Source of the DNA: a virus
Reading direction: 5' to 3' (one strand)
Length of the DNA: 64,000 nucleotides
Virus genome (UHGV): UHGV-1451962
Shown: positions 60,748 through 64,000 of the stretch, piece after piece
Numbering within the stretch: the first letter of the stretch is position 1
How the letters are laid out: the number at the start of each line of letters is the position of its first letter
Notes under the pieces: generated by a model
Database searches by the model: none
Seen by the model: the letters and a program-made list of their open reading frames with translations, nothing else
What the model was told of the DNA's origin: nothing
Made by a program: the position numbers and the translations under genes

Positions 60748-63119
60748 TCCTCAATTTTAGATACCGAATTTATTTTATTATTATTCTTAATAATTTTTAC
60801 CCCTTGTGCAACTTTACTTCCTAATGTCAATTCTTTTGCTGAAATTTTAATAGTAGATTTATCTCCCACAATCAATAAATTATTACTATTATTAATTAAA
60901 CAACAGCCCGCAATAATTCCTCGATAGCCATAAGTACCTCTTCCACCTCTTTTTTGCAATACAAATTCTTTTAATAAAACTTGTTTGCCATTGCCATCTT
61001 CGCTAATAAAAGCTAGATTATTTTTATTATTTGTAACTGGTAAACAGGTAAATACACTATCTCCTTCGCGCAAATTAATTCCTTTTACTCCTTGCGCAAT
61101 CCGAGAAGAAATTGGCATATCTTTTGAATCAAAATGTAAAACAGTACCATTCTTGGTAATTAATAGCATTGTCTCTTCTTCAATAAAAGTTACAGCTCTA
61201 AGTGCATCATTTTCTTTTAAAGAGATTGCTACAACGCCCGTATTTCTTTTAGTATTATTAAATTCCTCTAAAGCAACCTTTTTAATAATACCATTCTTAG
61301 TTACAAAAAAAACATACTTTGCATTTGTTCCTTGATGTAAAGAAGCAAAAGCCATAGGAAATTCATTTTTATCAAACTTAATTAAAGTATTTAAATTACT
61401 TCCTTTGGAAGAGTTAGTCCCTTCTGGGATATTGTTCACCAGCAAACGATACATTTTCCCCTTAGAAGAAAAAACCATTAAAGTATCAATAGTATTAGTA
61501 TCACAAATATAAGAAATAATATCATCATTATTTTTAATACCTACACCATTGCGCTTTTGTGTTTTATAATTTTTGTTAGGAATGCGTTTAATATTACCAG
61601 ATTTAGTAATAGATACAACGCAATTTTCAGGAACAATATCAGGAACTATTGCTTCAATATTATTATCTTCTAAATTTAATAGTTTAGTTCTTCTCTTATC
61701 TCCATATTTATCTTTTAATTCAGTAATAATATTAATTAAAGTATTATCGCGAATTTCTTTATTGGTTAAAATACCAATACAATATTCAATAAACTTCTTT
61801 TTATCTTCCAATTCTTGAATTAATTCATTTTTGTTAATTTTACTTAATTTGCCGAGTTTCATGTCTAAAACTGCATTTGCCTGAACTTCATCAATAGAAA
61901 GAAAAGCCATCAAACTTTCTTTTGCCATTTGATTATTTTCAGATTGCTTAATAATTTTAATTACTTCATCAATTTTATCTACCGCGGTAATAAGACCTTC
62001 CAAAATATGAACTCTAGCTTCTGCTTTCTCTTTGTCAAAAGTAGTAGAATTAATTAACATGTTTTCTTGATGTAAAACATAATTCTTAATTAAATCTAAC
62101 ATAGAACAAAGTTTAGGAGTACCATTAACAATAAAGTTCATATTATAAGAAAGGGTAGTCTGCAAATCAGTTAATTTAAATAATCTATTTAAAGCAATTT
62201 GTGGATTTACATTTTTCTTAACGTAAAAGATTAACTTATTTTGTCCAACATTGGATTCATCATCAAAATCCTCAATTACTTCTGCCAAAACATCTACATT
62301 TTTTTCAATCTGTTCTTTAATTTTATTTCGATAGGTTCTATAAGGAATGGTCGTAAAGATAATTTTATTATCTTTAATCTCATAATCTCCTTGAATCTTT
62401 AAAGAAACAGAGGAATGACCAGTATTAAAAGCAGTATAAATATCTTTGATATTAATAATAGTACCGCCTAATGGAAAATCTGGCCCAGGTAAATATTTAA
62501 GCAGATCGTTAGTATTGGAAATTTTTTTCTGAATAAACGCGATTACAGTTTCACATACTTCTGTTAGATTATGTGGGCTACTATTATGGCTCATAGATAC
62601 ACCAATAGCCTGTCTACCATTGCAAATTGCGTTAGGAAAAAGTGAAGGAAGAATAACTGGTTCCATAAATTCACCATTATATGTCTCTTTTGTTGGGACA
62701 ATATTCTTTTTAAAATCCTTCATCATCAAATCTGCATAAATACTAGGTTTAGCTTCTGTATATCTAGCAGAAGCCACCATATCATTATTCTCTTGCGTAC
62801 CCAATGAACCCTGTCCCGCAATTAGAGGATACCGCATAAGATAATCCTGAGACATTTTACATAAAACTCCATAGCAACTAACATCACCATGAAAATAGCT
62901 AGTTGCTAATGTACTTCCCACAATAGCGTTACACTTTTTTGTTTTACTTTTGTTATTCATTTTAAGATAATCTTCCATAGTCCAAAGAATTTTTCTTTGT
63001 GCGGAAAGAAGACCATCTTCAATTGAAGGAATAGCTCTATCTGTCAAAACTTCCGAACTGTAAGTTAAAAAGTTTTCTTTGGCTTCATCAAGAATATCAA
63101 CTTCTGTAATTAAACTCAT
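60744..63119 (-). CDS. type IIA topoisomerase subunit A (GyrA/ParC-like)
   Basis: ..RAIPSIEDGLLSAQRKILWTM.. and the catalytic Tyr region ..MVASARYTEAK... 791 aa. Confidence 0.9.
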   Translation of the reverse strand: MSLITEVDILDEAKENFLTYSSEVLTDRAIPSIEDGLLSAQRKILWTMEDYLKMNNKSKTKKCNAIVGSTLATSYFHGDVSCYGVLCKMSQDYLMRYPLIAGQGSLGTQENNDMVASARYTEAKPSIYADLMMKDFKKNIVPTKETYNGEFMEPVILPSLFPNAICNGRQAIGVSMSHNSSPHNLTEVCETVIAFIQKKISNTNDLLKYLPGPDFPLGGTIINIKDIYTAFNTGHSSVSLKIQGDYEIKDNKIIFTTIPYRTYRNKIKEQIEKNVDVLAEVIEDFDDESNVGQNKLIFYVKKNVNPQIALNRLFKLTDLQTTLSYNMNFIVNGTPKLCSMLDLIKNYVLHQENMLINSTTFDKEKAEARVHILEGLITAVDKIDEVIKIIKQSENNQMAKESLMAFLSIDEVQANAVLDMKLGKLSKINKNELIQELEDKKKFIEYCIGILTNKEIRDNTLINIITELKDKYGDKRRTKLLNLEDNNIEAIVPDIVPENCVVSITKSGNIKRIPNKNYKTQKRNGVGIKNNDDIISYICDTNTIDTLMVFSSKGKMYRLLVNNIPEGTNSSKGSNLNTLIKFDKNEFPMAFASLHQGTNAKYVFFVTKNGIIKKVALEEFNNTKRNTGVVAISLKENDALRAVTFIEEETMLLITKNGTVLHFDSKDMPISSRIAQGVKGINLREGDSVFTCLPVTNNKNNLAFISEDGNGKQVLLKEFVLQKRGGRGTYGYRGIIAGCCLINNSNNLLIVGDKSTIKISAKELTLGSKVAQGVKIIKNNNKINSVSKIEE

Positions 63120-63131
63120 TCTTTTCCTCCT

Positions 63132-64000
63132 TTAATCAAAAGTAAAACCAAGCTCGGTAGCATTTTCATAAATATATTGTTTGCGGGGTTCTACTTTAAC
63201 TCCCATTAAAATTTCAAGTAATTCATCTGCTTTTTCTGCATCACTAATAGTAATTCTTTTATAGCGTTCTTGCTCAAAACAAACTTTCTGAAGATCACGT
63301 GCGTTTAACTCGCCCAAACCTTTCGCTCTCACTAGCTCATAAGTGCCTTGATGCTGAGTTTTCCACTCTTCAAGTTCTTCATCAGTATAAGCATAGTATT
63401 CATTATTCTTCTGACGAATAATGTACAAAGGAGTAACTGCTCTATAAAGTTTTCCTGCTTCGACTAAAGGCCGCATATAAGTAAAAAAGAATGTAGTTAA
63501 AAGTAATTCAATACTAGCTCCATCAGAATCTGCATCCGAAGTAATTACGATTTTATCAAATTGCATTTTATCTACATCAAAAGTTTTATCAAAACCTCCA
63601 CCAATTACTTTAATAATATCAGAAATTTCTTGATTAGCAAGAATTTTTTCAACAGATTGTTTTCTAGGGCTAATAGTTTTACCTTTTAACATATAAATAC
63701 AATCTGTTTTGGGATTCCGTGCTTCAACGGCAGATGATCCTGCGCTTAAACCCTCGACTAGCAGTAGATTACGCTGGCTTGGATTCTTATTTGTGCAATC
63801 AATAAATTTATTACTTAGGGCGATTTTGGCTTTAAGACCAGTTTCTTTTTTACCCTTATCCCTAACAGCTTCTCTAGCTTTTCGAGCTGCTTCTCTAGCT
63901 TTTCGAGCATTGATCGCCTTATCTGCGATTTTCTTTATTTCTTTTTCATTTGCTTCAAACCAATATTGTAATTCTTGTGCAATGATTCCTGCAAAAGGGT
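63132..64000 (-). CDS. type IIA topoisomerase subunit B (GyrB/ParE-like), 5' end outside the window
   Basis: The track lists only 63132..63692 from an internal Met. The same frame stays open to base 64000. My upstream translation reads ..FAGIIAQELQYWFEANEKEIKKIADKAINARKAREAARKAREAVRDKGKKETGLKAKIALSNKFIDCTNKNPSQRNLLLVEGLSAGSSAVEARNPKTDCIYMLKGK.., which includes the TOPRIM E-G-x-S-A-G block. ..TSDADSDGASIELLLTTFF.. lies downstream. Confidence 0.85.
   Translation of the reverse strand, partial: PFAGIIAQELQYWFEANEKEIKKIADKAINARKAREAARKAREAVRDKGKKETGLKAKIALSNKFIDCTNKNPSQRNLLLVEGLSAGSSAVEARNPKTDCIYMLKGKTISPRKQSVEKILANQEISDIIKVIGGGFDKTFDVDKMQFDKIVITSDADSDGASIELLLTTFFFTYMRPLVEAGKLYRAVTPLYIIRQKNNEYYAYTDEELEEWKTQHQGTYELVRAKGLGELNARDLQKVCFEQERYKRITISDAEKADELLEILMGVKVEPRKQYIYENATELGFTFD

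Noticed and set aside
38078-61818. Other short shadow ORFs in the track: 38078..38260, 39002..39229, 40272..40499, 40776..40970, 44554..44760, 45501..45683, 56203..56478, 58774..59055, 60985..61335 and 61573..61818
   Set aside because: All are antisense to, or nested in, motif-supported genes. All lack SDs.
63132-63692. Apparent truncated or split GyrB (186 aa)
   Set aside because: The frame is open upstream to the window edge, so this is an artefact of starting the ORF at the first Met.
63868-63908. Direct 20/21-nt tandem repeat GCTTCTCTAGCTTTTCGAGC x2
   Set aside because: It lies inside the GyrB-like coding sequence and simply encodes the duplicated helix ARKAREA-ARKAREA. It is not a regulatory or CRISPR-like repeat.
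1-64000. tRNA/rRNA genes, CRISPR arrays, stop-codon reassignment
   Set aside because: The intergenic gaps are short and none folds into a cloverleaf by eye. I saw no regularly spaced direct repeats. All long genes are intact under the standard code, so recoding is not needed.

Overview
This window is an AT-rich segment (roughly 30% GC by eye) of a large tailed-phage genome. It has two convergent arms that meet at a shared hairpin near 38.88 kb.

The left arm (1-38877, mostly + strand) is the late/virion arm. It contains a tail-tube-like major tail gene with a probable -1 frameshift extension, a chaperone-like gene, a 2871-aa tape-measure protein, several very large tail-tip and fibre proteins, XkdW/XkdX-like small proteins, a small serine recombinase, an LL-H-type holin candidate, and a compositionally distinct six-gene cassette of unknown function.

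The right arm (38889-64000, - strand) is a replication and nucleotide-metabolism module. It encodes GyrB/GyrA-like type IIA topoisomerase subunits, ATP-dependent DNA ligase, a ThyX-like protein, an SSB-like protein, an AAA_24/Sak4-like ATPase, DnaB-like helicase, DnaG-like primase, a DHH/RecJ-like protein, a RecD-like helicase, DnaE-type Pol III alpha, dNMP/guanylate-like kinase, NrdD/NrdG, dUTPase and RuvC.

Strong GGAGG-type Shine-Dalgarno sites, TTG/GTG starts, TTGACT-17-TATAAT promoters and an anaerobic-only ribonucleotide reductase point to a Gram-positive (Firmicutes-like) obligate-anaerobe host.

The standout element is a complete diversity-generating retroelement (DGR) at about 28.05-32.13 kb, inserted in reverse orientation inside the tail-fibre cluster. 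It consists of a target gene with a C-terminal variable repeat (VR), a GC-rich hairpin, a consensus promoter, an Avd-like ORF, a 104-nt template repeat (TR), a 282-nt structured spacer and the reverse transcriptase (RT). In my hand alignment, 20 of the 21 TR/VR differences fall on TR adenines.

Next to it, the divergent region between the DGR target and a conventional fibre gene holds a 196-bp segment bounded by perfect 12-bp inverted repeats. That segment contains a promoter and a one-way terminator hairpin, and a small serine invertase-type recombinase lies 2.3 kb away. I flag this as a candidate invertible fibre toggle.

I saw no tRNA, rRNA or CRISPR array. All homology statements come from reading the translations and from memory, not from database searches.
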